In this document: one piece after another, positions 51,301 to 64,000 of the stretch | How the letters are laid out: each line of letters opens with the position of its first letter | Numbering within the stretch: the stretch's first letter is position 1 | Assembly (NCBI RefSeq): GCF_022539665.2 | Contig: NC_081333.1 | Span: 6,076,001-6,140,000, forward strand | Direction: 5' to 3' | Length of the DNA stretch: 64,000 bases | From: Daphnia carinata | Lineage: Eukaryota | Made by a program: the position numbers and the translations under genes | Notes under the pieces: generated by a model | What the model saw: the letters and a program-made list of their open reading frames with translations, nothing else | Databases searched by the model: none | Told to the model about the DNA's origin: nothing

Positions 51301-53759
51301 CACACGCAAAGATAAAGTTGTGTGAATAACAGTTGAATAAACTGACCAACGGTTGGGGAAATACATCAGCGCGTCACACGATAGACGAGAATAGAACGAG
51401 AGAAGAGGGAAGGCTTTGAAGAACGGCAACTTGAGCAAGGTTCATACCATGAACAATACGATTGGTGGGGAAAACGAAGAGTCGCACATAGTGCAAACAA
51501 AAGGCCAAAGCCGGGTAAGCAGGTTCGATAAACTGGTTATTAGAGGTTCCGGCTAGCAGACAGGCTTTTGGCCAATATCGGTGTTGGCGTGAATCAACGC
51601 CAATAGAAACCGACAAAGAAAGACGACAAATTGGCGACTTCTATCTCCGTCAGACAGACGACACACGGTTAAAAGCTCAACTAGTTTGACCAGAAGGGGA
51701 CTTTTGTCAATGCAGAACACAAGACTCCCGTCTTCCATCGGTCGAACGATGGTTTCTTCAGGTGAATGTTTCCATTATGGTTGTCTGCTGATTCTTTATT
51801 TTTTCCTTTCTTTTTTTTTTTTTTTTTTTGCTTGCTCCAGGGATTAGAACCACAAAGAAAAGGCCGAGTTTCTAAGATTGATCCATCCGGTCTCTTATGT
51901 TGCACGAGCTCCAAATGTCTGCGCTAACGGCTGAGGTAGGGTAAGGTAAACGAGAGAGCGTAATCACCAAGGAAGAACGACGTTGATGAGGCTATCACTC
52001 AACAATTCCAATCGACAAAGAGAATGATGCCACCTGATCGAAGACAAGGATGCACCCGAGGAGAGACTAATGAAGAAGACACTGGGGAAGTGTTTGGAAC
52101 AATGGCCGTGCACAAAAATGTGACTGAGCACGTATGTCACGGTCGTCGAACTACGTGACACTTTGGACAGCTCGTCAACGAGCAAGTCACAAGAGGCGGA
52201 GGAGAAGAAGAATAAGATTTTCTTTACTAACTCCCACTTCCTTTTTTTTTTTTTTTTTTTTTACCTTTGGGACGATCGATACGTCTATAATGGCAGTATT
52301 CAAAACAAGCAAGCAGTAAAACAGCCGAAAACTTAACAACGTAAAGTCACGACCTTGACGGTCGATTACAATATCACGTTGGTAAGTAAAACGCAAAAGC
52401 GCTTAAGAAACGTAACAGCACATCTTCGCCTCGCTTCGTTCTTGTCTTTGTTTTTGTTGTTGAAAAATTCAAGTGGAGGCAAGACCAAGACGATGCAGCC
52501 GGTCCGAAACGAAACTGTGCCCTCACTGGAACTTGGTCGGTTAGTACTTATTCTCCGGGACTAAGGATGAGCGGATCGATTCAGGAAGGCGGAAACAGGC
52601 TGCTCCGTAACGGCGCACCTGTCCGACGACGCCGCTAGTCCCTTTCCGTTGCCCTTGCAGGTAAATTGGTTCACACTTGTCCTTCCTTTTCCCGTTTTTC
52701 TCTATCGAATTCGATTTCCTGAAATATGTTTTTAAGTAATTCTCTGTATCCAGAATAATCAGAGACGCCGGTCTGGCCAACTTTGTCCGACTATCAACAG
52801 GCTGGTTTAATTCCTATAGAGTTAGTCAGTCTACGGCGACGGAATGAAGAAGGCGCAAGGTGTAATCGTCAAACTGATGCAGCGCGTTTGCATCGAGTTG
52901 GGCCCGTTTACGCGCACACCTAGCCACAAACGTTAGGACGACGTAAAGGCGGCAAAGGACTGGCAGAAACAATTCAGTCGTCCAGGCACGAGACTTCGAT
53001 GAAAACGCAGGCAAAAGCGACACACAACGCGCCCGCGCGCATCCTGTCTCACGCAGTTATCGGATTTCGAACTATAGTCTGGCGCACTTACGCGCTTTAT
53101 TTTCTTTTACAATTCAGCAAGAACTACGCCGAACGGACTCGGCCGGCCTTTCCTTACAGTCACATGTCGACATTTCACTCAAGCAATATTGTGACTTAGC
53201 AGTGGATTCTCTTGGAATCAATCTTGACACTCTAGACGCAGGCACACTTTTAGCAGGTATTGTTGGGGAAAAAAATGGCGAAAACTGACTTCTGTGCAAC
53301 GGTCGCACAGACACATGGTTACATATAACTGGTGCTTGTTTACGCGCTTGGCTGACATATGGGATAAAATGTCAGCGCACAGTCACTTACGTATAACCGA
53401 TCAATTTATATAGTGGATATAACAGGCGGTATCGACTCCTACGCGCATTCTCCCGTATGGTTGTGAGTTTCAATTTCGGTGGTGAAATGGAACGCGCGCT
53501 TGCCTTTTGAATGTTAGTCACCTCAAATGTCCGGGTGGAATCATTGACCGTTCTGGTAGTTGCGCGATTCTATGACATGTTTCTCCGTTATAAACGTTAT
53601 AATGTACTTGGACAGGTAGCATCGGCTAAAGTGAAACCATCGTCGTCTAATGGAAAAAAAATGGACTGAACACGTTACCTCGTCGGTGACTTGATTGGAT
53701 TTCATCTGCAACTCCTGCAGTTCGGTCTTGGGAGCACCATTTTCCGCTGCGGCTGCCAT
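45309..53759 (-). CDS. SNAP25: Synaptosomal-associated protein 25; canonical-like isoform exons 53759-53679, 48689-48648, 47988-47940, 46675-46558, 46362-46234, 46138-45994, 45377-45309
   Basis: [97 protein letters not shown]|...|[70 protein letters not shown]. All introns GT-AG with consistent phases. Confidence 0.97.
45770..45832 (-). CDS. SNAP25: SNAP-25 alternative terminal coding exon ([20 protein letters not shown])
   Basis: TGTGCAG acceptor, phase 0. Aligns without gaps to the distal terminal exon (G-x-SN-xx-R-xxx-A-x-Q-x-AG-x-LLK). Confidence 0.85.
   Translation of the reverse strand, partial: GTSNVVRVTEASQHAGKLLK
47133..47181 (-). CDS. SNAP25: SNAP-25 mutually exclusive exon B ([16 protein letters not shown])
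   Basis: 49 nt, CCCGTAG acceptor, G|GTAAG donor. Same length and phase as 47940-47988, with homologous translation. Confidence 0.88.
50304..50450 (-). CDS. SNAP25: Putative SNAP-25 alternative first coding exon (MGVEAAPG...[16 protein letters not shown])
   Basis: ACGATGG start context with an in-frame upstream stop; 49 codons ending GAG|GTGATT (phase 0). [11 protein letters not shown] parallels [11 protein letters not shown] of the 53759 exon. Confidence 0.65.
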
Positions 53760-56700
53760 TTTTAAATGTATCTTTTGCGGTTAGTCACCTGCACGAAACA
53801 TAAAATTACGAAGAGATTAGAATTTGAAGAAGACAACAACAAAATATAGGTAATCCAAACTGATAGATTTATTCTTATTTCCGACAACGTGCACTTCAAG
53901 GCATGGATACTATGGAGGTGTAAGACTAAAATTTTTCTCATCCGGCAACGCGTGCGTAAGTACCAAACATGGCTGCCATCCTGGTATCCTTTTGATGCAA
54001 AATTGCAAATATACTCGAGGCGGTCAGTACCACTACGATAGTCATATTCTGTACTTAGAGCCTCGTTACTGAATGAGGCAAAAAGCAAAAATTTATGGTT
54101 GGATGTCTCTTTACATTTAGTTCTTGGTTCCTCCTTCCGCTACCTTCCCTCCCGGTAGCCAAGCAAGCCGTCTCCTATAGCCCCAACCTCTTCTCCGCCT
54201 CTGTCTCTGGCTGACGGAGGTCGCAAATGATATCGCAAATTTATCAAAGTGGTCTGAGTCAGAATGTTTCAATCCACCGGTGGGGATGATCGGTGATGCG
54301 CATGGTACCACGCGAACCGCGAAAGCTGCACGCAAGGCTGGTTAGGGTTTAGTAGATGCTCTATGGTGAGCGAAGGAGACAGTGACACGAAACAGATCTC
54401 TTTCATCTTTTTTCTTTTCGTCTTTTATGCAAAAACTAATTAACTGCACTTAGAATCAATGTGCAATTGCAACAATGCATCATTTTAACGTATCGAAAAG
54501 ACTTCAAGTAACTATCCATAAGTTCCTTTTTTTTCTGGTTATACAGAACGCAAAACATCGACAACACAATGGTATTGACGCCAGCTAGTTCTCGTGAGCT
54601 AGCTCACAGGCAAAGAATGAAAAACGTTGGCAGGAAAGGCAATTTAGTGGGAAATATGATATTGTGTTAAGTGACTATATAACGATTTTTCTACCATCCC
54701 AAGTTGCCAGCGCTCTGATGTCAGTCAAAGGCCACCTAGCGATAGCAACTGGCGTTTACTTGAAAAAGCACATGTTCCGCTGTGCAATGGCGCCGTTATT
54801 GATCTACAGGATACTATGAACAGCACGATCTTCCTTTATCAACATTTTTTTAACACCTTCTAGCTCTACAGCGTCTCAGAAAATGGGGAAACTGGACTTG
54901 TTTGAAAAGTCAAATTGTGGGGGACGGCCAACATTTCAAGTCTTTTTTTTTAGAGCTCAAGTTGATCCAATCTTTTATTAATGGGTGATTCTCAAACGGG
55001 GAGGTTGACGGAAAATTCACGCGGGAACATTGGGGGAGTGGTAGCCAGAAGCGTGCAATGTAGGCTCTTATTGATTTTCATTGATCCTCGCCTCGCCTCC
55101 AGTTGATCGTTCTTTGGCATCATTGTGAGGCGTCTACGCGAAGGTCGGCCCGCATTCATCCCAAAGTCGCATCCCCCCCCCCCCGTTGTGGTCTTTCCAC
55201 GCCCTTTATCTGGCCAACAAATACACAGGCGCACAGCCGAACAATATTAGATCCAGCGCGTACATCGACAGTACCGGCCTCCCATCCAACACCCTCAAAA
55301 CGACGCAAACTGGCGGCTAGCTTGCCAAGTAGAGCTGCGAAGATGGCGGTGCCAAGCAGATGGATTGCCCCGATTGTGGTACATCGACATGTGTACAAAC
55401 TTGGCCAGTTCAGCCACCTCAATCCCATGAAAGAATTAGAAATCAAGGAAAAAGAATAAATATGTCAAATTACACTGCATGAAAAAAAAATATATATAAA
55501 TGTAGATATAAACGAGCATATCCCGCTGCAAGGGAAATGGATCGATACAAGAAAGAAATTGAAATGGGCAGTGAAATCCGTAGAAGCCTGACTGCAATTC
55601 TTTAACATTTTAAATAGTGACAGCTTTCAGCTTTACCTTGTAAATTGGCTAACCTGCTACTTCGCTTCTAATTGTGAACCAAATTAACGGCCTGGCGAAA
55701 TTTTGGTGATCATTCTCCGGAAACGTCAATACTTAAGCGCATTTCAAGGACCACTAAATAATAGCTGCTGCCAGGCAGCATTGTGCCATCGATCAGTGTG
55801 GTTAATAGCCCCGTTAAAAACTAACGTTCTTAACGCTGCATCTTCAAAAGAAAAAATAAAACAAATAGGGACAATGGTCGATTTCAGATTCGAACAAGAG
55901 TCGGTGCGGAAAAAGTGGTAAACTAAACTAAAATCACACCATCCGTCTTTTGAATAATGCCCCCTTCCATCTCTTACAATTGCTGAATGCCGTGGTAGAA
56001 GCCATTTTGCCTGTTTTGACTGGAAACCCAACTGAATTCACTCGAAGGTTTTCCAGGAGATCAAATCTTCGTTCATTTCGTGATGCTGTTTCACACAACA
56101 AGGAAAACTTCACATCTTGGCCCGTTTGGCATCTCATTGGGTTTCTATTTGTCCTTTGTTTGACTGCAATCCAAATGCAAACTATGCTAATACAAGCGTG
56201 GTTTTATCACGCTGATGGGCGGGCGGCGAAAGGCAAACACTGGAACCTACGATGAAGCAGCGAAAGAGAGCTATGCATGAACTTAACAAAGAGATTGCAA
56301 AGGCAAGAACAACTGCTCCAGATGGAATGGGGGGGGGGGAGCAGCATAAGAACTCAGTAGTACCATGCGGATCAATAGCTGGAAAAAAAAGGGGCAAGCT
56401 ATCGCATTACTGCTTCGTGTTGAATGTGTGTACTAAGCCCACCATAAGATCTGCTCACCTCTTGTTAGTCAGCATAAACAATGAGCAGTAACTTGTTTTT
56501 CTGGACAACAAGATGAATTAACTAGGTAAAAAGACATGGAAATCATGAAGTTTCAAATCGTGTGCAATTGTAGCGCTGATCCCTTGTGCCTTAGCCACGG
56601 ATTTTTATCAATAGACCATGGCGTTAACGAATAAACAGAAAACACAAAGACCCATCAACACCAAGACACGAACCTGGACCACAAGATATGACGTACAAGA

Positions 56701-59700
56701 ATGACAATTATGGGTTGTTTTGCTGAAGAAAGAATACTTTTGTCCATCCTAGGAGTATTACGGAGTACTTGAATGATTACTAAACTTTAGTCCTGTGGAC
56801 TGACGTTCATGTTGCTGGGGACAGCATCAACTTTATGGAGTAGCAGCAACTGCCTTAAGCACTTCAATATAAATACGCTGCAAAAACTGCTACTGTGCGG
56901 TTGAAAACGAAGAAAAAGCTTGTGGGTTGAAGCTATTGAAACTACAAAGCATATACCCACTCAAGTTAATTCGCTAAGTCAAATCGCCAACACAATGAAC
57001 AGAACTTCAAAAATAAAACGGAAAAAAAGGAAGAAAATTGCTTCTTTTTACAATTTTAACAGTAACACAGCCATTGTGCATGGAATAAAAAAGGAGAGTT
57101 GTGGGAATATTATAAAAAACTATCTTAGGAATATTAATAGCAGTTGTCTGCAATGCAATTGACTGAGATAATCCATTACTATCCGGCGTGCGTGCAATAG
57201 TGCATTTTAATATTTTCGATGCCACAAATAGACGACAGGCATTCCGACAAAAATTTTGTCAACCAATTCAGTTTGAATAAAACATTTGTTGATGCTAATA
57301 TGACCAGTTAGTCCACAAAATGCATACGAATTGTCCGCCAGGTACTGAGAAGGAGGAATTCGCACTAATCAATCTCTTGAGACGGAAGATATTTCGCGTA
57401 GAGATGAAAAATTCGTATGGTCGTCAATAATCACTGGCCTATATACACACGAATTAAATTTAGTGACGCCACATCGTTGGTATCACACTTGCGGCAGGCG
57501 AAGTTCGATTGACACTAGAGTTTGGTCAATCTTACCTCACGCAGTTGAAGTGCGGTCAACTAAGGACAGACTGTTTTTATGGTAAATTTCACTAAAACTA
57601 GCCGGAAAATATGTCTTTATCGTTAGAGCTCTACCGAGTGATCAGTAAGGTGGTAGACAGCAGTCTACCGCACGACGCTAAGTAATTAGTGGAAAAATAG
57701 GAAAATTCATTTTCATCTTCATGAAAATAAAACATAAAAATTAAAATCCGGCATCCGGTGCGACTGGTTGTTGATACGAACGCACCAGTTTGCCGTTTGA
57801 TAAACTCGCATACAATCGTAATACCGCTATCGGCCATAAATATATAAAAATTAATTTTTAAAAACGATTTTGAAGAGGAAGTTTTAAAGAACGACATGAG
57901 AGCCTATGAAAGGCGAAAAACGCAACATATTTGACTATGGAAAAAGAAGTGCGCCGAAAAAAGCGTATTTCCGATACTCATTGGTCACTTCTCTGCGTCA
58001 CGATGATATTCTTCCCACACGTAATCATCCGAACCCATTTCTACTGTCACGTTCACTTTGCCCAAGCTCGTTTATTCCATCCGTTATCACGCGAGGCTGA
58101 AATGGAGTAATAATGAAGGGCAAAAAAATTATCACTAGTTTGAAAGATATTTTTCTCGAATCGAATTGCATATCGTTGCATTTCAACTTTCCAAAAGTAA
58201 TTTGAAAGAAAAACCGATTTAACGGATGCCAAAATTTCTCGGAAAGAAAATAGAGTTAAGTTTAAACAAGTGACATGAAGAGCCACGACGTAAAATATTC
58301 TGGTCCCAGAGTCATACAAAAAGAATTCCATCAATTTCAATCAATGTGTACACCTACCATTATGAAACAATAGAACAAGGCATCGACTAGATTTACTGTT
58401 CCACACCCCATCAATGGGCCATATTGATTAACAAGTAAATAAAAAAAATTTGTTCTTTGCTATCAAAACTCAAAAATGGTCTATCGTATTTACATCTCAA
58501 GTTCTTTTTCTGGTTTTTAAGAGATGTTTTTTCTCGAGCTTCAGAATGGAACAAAGCAATTTAAGAACTGTAATTCACTTAAACAAAAAATATGATAATG
58601 AAGGATAATTCTCTTGTTTAGAAGTTCCTGTATGAAACAGAACGATCAACAATATATTAGATTAAGTTAAAAGTCAATAAGAATAAGAGATACCAACACC
58701 TGAGAAAATCTTGACAAGGAACTGTTGTGAACCATTATCCCTAATGCTGCTCTCGCTGATAGGGTACTGTAATCTGGTAGGGTCTAACTTTAAAAATGAT
58801 ATCTTATGACAGAGGCCTTGAAAGAGCGCATCTTTGTTTTCTAAAACTAAAGTCAGAGAGAGCTGGTAAATCAGAACTTCATGCTTTACAGCATTAAACT
58901 TTAGCTTTGCCTAAACAAGACAATGCAGGCAGTTGCTGTTACTATGACTACAGAACTTTTGACTGCACAGAAACAGATGAATGCTAACCGCGTAAAAAAC
59001 AAAGCTTACCTGAATTGTGAATGAAATCGAAGACGAAGGTTTCCGGTGTTTTCGTTCTCACACAACTAAATACGATGGACACTTTAGAAGTGGCTACGAC
59101 CGACCAGTACGTCACCGCCCAAGCAGACGTAATAATGAAGCGCCACGGAGGATAAGTATAGGAGGGTGCAAACTATCGATTGAGTATACAGCGCCTCATG
59201 TTGCTCTCGGCAGTTAACAATAACAGCGAAAGAGAGGAAGCGCTTCTTGGTAGTCGCCGACACAGTGTGCATACATATAGGAGCATATTGCTCCTTGTAT
59301 TTACTTCCTTGAGACAACCGAAAGTCCGAAACTGTATGGGGTGTACTGAGTGCAGACGTGTAGTATGGTATAGTATGACTAGTACCGAAGAAATGTGAAA
59401 ATCGGAGAAATTATTTGTATTTCTTTTACTTGCAACAAAAAATAATCTGAATTGGCGTTGATTTCTCCTGCCACTACGCAAAATTGAACGCCTTTCGCGA
59501 AACTATTTTAAAAATGTCAAAGCGTTTCACTAGATTGTTTTCCAACGACATGTTGATATAGCACTTAATTTAAATTGCTTTTTTTGGAATTGCTTATTTC
59601 TTTTTTTTTTAATTTGACTAGTTACTGTGAGAGGATATCTTTATTTCTGAAGTTCTCAAATTTTCTATTCTACAAGACTGCCTTTAAATTGCATATATTA

Positions 59701-60982
59701 CATGTCTTACAAGATTAATTGGATAATTCGCACCTGTATTACTTAGCTGTCATTAGATACACTTGCATACTCCAATCAAAACTACACTTGCATCAAAACT
59801 ACCAACGGAAATCATAAGAATTTATTCACGAAAAACCATGAAAAATTGTTTGCGCTGTTTTTGCTATTTCGTTTCAAGGAAAAGTATTACTTGAAGATAT
59901 CGAACTATTTATAGTAATGCGTGATCTGAATACCCATTCCATTTGTCATCTGTACAACGTGCGTTTAATAAACTCATAAGATGAGGAGATGGGAAGAATC
60001 CTTATACATCAAGTAAAAGTGTTTTCCGTCCGATTTGGGTTCAGCCTTCTAATATCCGGAAATGCGGTACGCCATTTCACCGTTTTCTTCAGCATTCGAT
60101 GATCGTTCATCGTTATTAGAACAAAAAAATGCGTGTCGTAATTAACATACGCGCATTGTAAGTCAGTTAGAAAATTCCCGAATAACTTAGAATATGCAGA
60201 GAAACACCTGCCTTTGGATTCTCTGTGGCTTCCCACCACCCCTTTCGTTTCGTATTGGTTGGCTCAACCTGTTCAGGCAAAAATGTCTTACCGTTTAATA
60301 CGATCCCTGATGAGGAGTTGGCAACTCACCGGCAAAGTGTACGGGATTCGAAATTTTGGCTGAGGTTCACAATAGATTTTGGGATAAGATTTTTATTTTG
60401 GCTTTAGATTCACACAGGTTGTGGCTTAGCTTAAAAATTATTTTTGACAGGTCATACGAAATTCGAACCAGTTGCCAACAACCTTTCGACCCCTGTTTAG
60501 TGAAGGCAACATATCGGCTTAGATATGATGATGATATGATAAAAATATTAAAGCTTTCTTTTCGTTCCAAGCTTTCCAGAATGTCATAGATGCCACTCCT
60601 AGCATAAAGCATGATGTATACCTGGCGGTGAAATACGACAATTTTTTTCAGTTTTTTTTTACTATTGCAGAAGGCTGCTGACGTCATCGTTCCAGCAGCT
60701 ATTTTTTGAAATTACTTTCGTTGCCAACGCTTTTATAGAAACGTTTGATGATGTAGGTTCTCAGTTTTTTGCACAAGATAAGTAACGGCCCAAGTTATTA
60801 TTTCCCCAGTGACTGATGAGGACGTGGCGGTTGCTTATCTTATTACAAGTCCAGTGTTAGTGTCCACTCGTGGAATTAAATATTAACGTGAATGTTGATA
60901 CTTTTGCAACAGGGTAAACGATAACAATATACAGCGAAGTAAACGGCACAAAACATTTATTTACGAAATATTGAAACAAATT

Positions 60983-63043
60983 TTAGCTAGACTTCTCCAC
61001 GGTATCTCTGGAAGTATGTCGCGTTCGAGCTTTGACCACCTCCTGTAAATGTTTTGGTAAAAGGGGGATAAATGGGTCGCCTTGACCGTCGTATTTAGCA
61101 ATGGATTCCACGCAACACCTATGAAAAGTTTTTCGTTATGTTATTTCTAACCGTTTTCGTATATTTACTAACCTGAGAAGAGTTTTAGGAGTGACAGTCA
61201 TCGACAATATGTTATCAGCATAAACCTGTACAGAAAGGTGGTGATTAAGTAATAAATGAAAGTTTTAAATAGTTTTATCCTAAAATACCGTGCCATCTGG
61301 CTGGTAGCTGTGGATATTACTTCGAACTCCACCTATCACGATCCAATCGCTGTCGACCTTAGCACTTTGATGCCATAATCGTTTATCGGGTATCTTTAAT
61401 GGTATTTCGGTCCAGTTATTTCGTTCTATATCGTACATCCAACAATCCCCTATGAAAATACACTCATTACATAGATTATTGTAAAGCTTATTTGCTATTA
61501 TTTAACCAGTTTTTAAAATACAATTTCGGTTGAAAATTCGCAATGCTTGTGGTCCTTATCTGAACAATTTTCTACGATTTTGGCCAAAAAATTCTTTCAC
61601 TCCGGTCGATCGTCGGACTACCGGGTTGCCAGTAAACGATCTTTTTCAGAATTAAATGGTATTCTTTCGACGAGAAACGGGGTTACATTATTTTGTTTTT
61701 TAAAGCATTCTTGCCCCTCACTTTTTTTTTACATAATTTCTTGGAAGACAAGATTAGTTGACAACCCCTGGTAAAAAAAAAAAAGGAAAGACGCAGGACC
61801 ACAGACAGTGCAACATTTTTGGGCAGATTAAGAACGAGGACGAAACAAAAAAAAAAAAGATATATATGGCAATCTAATAATAGAAAGATATGAAATATAA
61901 CTATACCCAATACTTCTCCTTCTGCCGAAAGACCACCATAAAGAATTGCTTTTGTTGATCCAACATAGGTGAAAGAATGCCATGAACGACCACTTGGAAA
62001 GAACTTGCCTGGATTTAAACTAAAAAGTAGTTATTAAGCAGATTCGGTCGTCAAGAAGCAAAACAGTACGATTTACTTTTCACTCCACGACATGGACTTC
62101 AAATCAAGAACGTAAAGATCATTCAATCGTGTTCCCTGAAGCCTGCCACCGAAGATATACACAAGAGATTGGCATCGAAATCCAGCAAGAGCTGCACGTG
62201 GACTTGGAGGTAGCCCACTTGTTTCTGGCCATTCCCATTTGTTAGCATCTATGTTGTATGCAACTAATTGATTATTCCACCCTCTGCCCATGTACCACTG
62301 ATGACTTCGGTCAGGAACGTATTCATAATGATCGACATTGCGATCACCTTCAGCAGGAGGTGTACCGAAGCCCCCAAAAAAGAATACCCTGAAACATAAG
62401 TTTGGTATTAGCAAATAAATACAGGCAACACAATATTTCAATTTACTTGTTACAGTAAGCCCATCCAAAGAGTTTATCACGATGTAAAGGTTTGCATCTT
62501 GTTGCATCAGGTTCTAACCTTGTCCACATCCATGTGAACAGATTGAGCTGATAAATGTTATTACTATTTCCTTCAAGATCAGGGTCTCCAAAATATCCTT
62601 TTAAATGCCTAAATTGAAATATTACCGAAAGTGTTGAAATGAAATTCTTTTACCTCCATAAATATACAAAAGGTCCCCAACCACAACACCACAAGCACCC
62701 GAATTAGCAGGTGGTATGTGTCCCTTTGTTGTCCTTATTGTCCTAAATTTCTTCAATGAATAAGGAGAATACTTTGTAATAAAAAAACATTATGATCACC
62801 ATCTTGCTACCATAGGATCATACAACAAGATTTCACTGGGATCATGATATTCCTGATAAAAGGTTTCTCGGTTGGGATTTTGCTGTAAAAAGGAAAACAA
62901 CAATGATTTATGGTACACTAAAAATGAATGAAATTACTCACCGTGTAACCACCCCATACAAGCAACACGTGCCCATTGTACCTTTGAACTTCCAGAGCTA
63001 TATGGCCAACTCTCAGCAACTTACGGTCCACTGTATCATACAT
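60983..63043 (-). CDS. Kelch domain-containing protein, KLHDC1/2-like Cullin-2 substrate receptor (about 9 exons; start codon tentative)
   Basis: RVGHIA..LLVWGGY, GHIPPANSGACGVVVGDLLYIYGG, RDKLFGW, VFFFGGFG..RGWNNQL, PPSPRAA, LYVLDL, PSGRSWHSFT, RLWHQSA; C-terminal BC-box/Cul2-box-like PKTLLRCCVESI...LPKHL. Confidence 0.88.
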
Positions 63044-64000
63044 TTCTTCTATATGTATCTCACTGAAACCCAATGCTAGACTGGTACAAACTTCTCAAAT
63101 TGCTTTAAACTGCCTATGCTTGATCAGGATAATCATAATTAATAAAAAAAACATTTTCTGTATTACACGTTTTCTACAGTGCACAGTAATACAACAAACG
63201 TGTATTTACTTACCACTACCCACGTATCCATATCAGGAAAAATCGACTAGAATAGATCTACCTAACTGTGAGTGAGAGGTTTATGTAAACAACCCACGTA
63301 TGTGTAGTATTTATACACTGTGGTCGCACATCACCCCGTATTTCACGAGTTACAGTATTCGATTCTGCTATTTAATGTTCGTTGATTTGCGTTTTAATAT
63401 GCGAAGACGAATCGGTTTTCCACCAAACGGAGATCTGTTTTAACCTACCCGTAAATAGATATAGCTAGCTAAGTAAACAGAAGAAGACTGCTGTGCCCAA
63501 ACAGTACACAATTTAACCGTTTGTCTTCCTTTTTCGTCTGCTGGTAGTGAATCGTGGAAAACATTTCCCATGCCCCTACCGAGGCGGGAACGCAGGACAT
63601 GCCATTCAACGCAACCGTGCCCATCTAGGTTGGTTCTATGTCTCTGATGTTATGCTCGTATGTTAGTTCTCCTCCTGTTTTTGAGACAGAATTTTAAGCT
63701 CTGCAACTCAGCATCCGGTACAACTCTATTCTGAATCATTTTAGGTAAAACATTCTAACAAATAGTATCATATAAACATATAAGTCACCATAATACAAAT
63801 AAATGAATGAATGGACATCGTATATGTATATACTAACACGCAAATGTAGCTATGAATCTAATTCACAAATATTAAAATATTAAGGCTTATTAATTGTATA
63901 TTCTCTAATAAACTAAAGAGCAATCTCTCCTAAGGAAAAAAGAACAAAAATATAATTTCTTAATAGTATAAAGGAAGAAAAAATCGGATACATAGCGGAG

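Noticed and set aside
60000..60700. Kinase-like fragment (FRIPYTLPVSCQLLIR)
   Set aside because: Only a short resemblance; no other kinase motifs found.
63400..63750. Possible first exons of a divergent plus-strand gene
   Set aside because: Splice-like sites are present but the frames close quickly; cannot be supported within the window.

Overview
Eukaryotic genomic DNA, AT-rich with many 60-80 nt introns. Gene structure and TE content resemble a Daphnia-like crustacean (inference). Four intact multi-exon host genes: PIP4K2 (-, 258-2614), a Pax1/9 (Pox-meso) paired-box gene (+, ~35.2-36.5 kb), SNAP-25 (-, 45.3-53.8 kb) and a KLHDC1/2-like kelch/BC-box gene (-, 61.0-63.0 kb). The 3.5-30 kb interval is mostly decayed transposons. 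It includes a four-level nest: a P-element/THAP9 transposon (11930-24237) holds a Copia LTR element (14604-21664), which holds a long-TIR element carrying a GalNAc-transferase pseudogene, which holds a hAT MITE. It also has a CACTA/EnSpm element carrying an intron-containing GMP synthase fragment and a 60-bp nad3 NUMT. Most notable: (1) SNAP-25 has three apparent sets of duplicated alternative exons (first coding exon, a mutually exclusive internal pair, terminal exon), enough to build a divergent paralog-like SNARE from one locus; (2) the Copia gag ORF is interrupted by an apparent spliceosomal intron. All calls come from manual reading; no searches were run.
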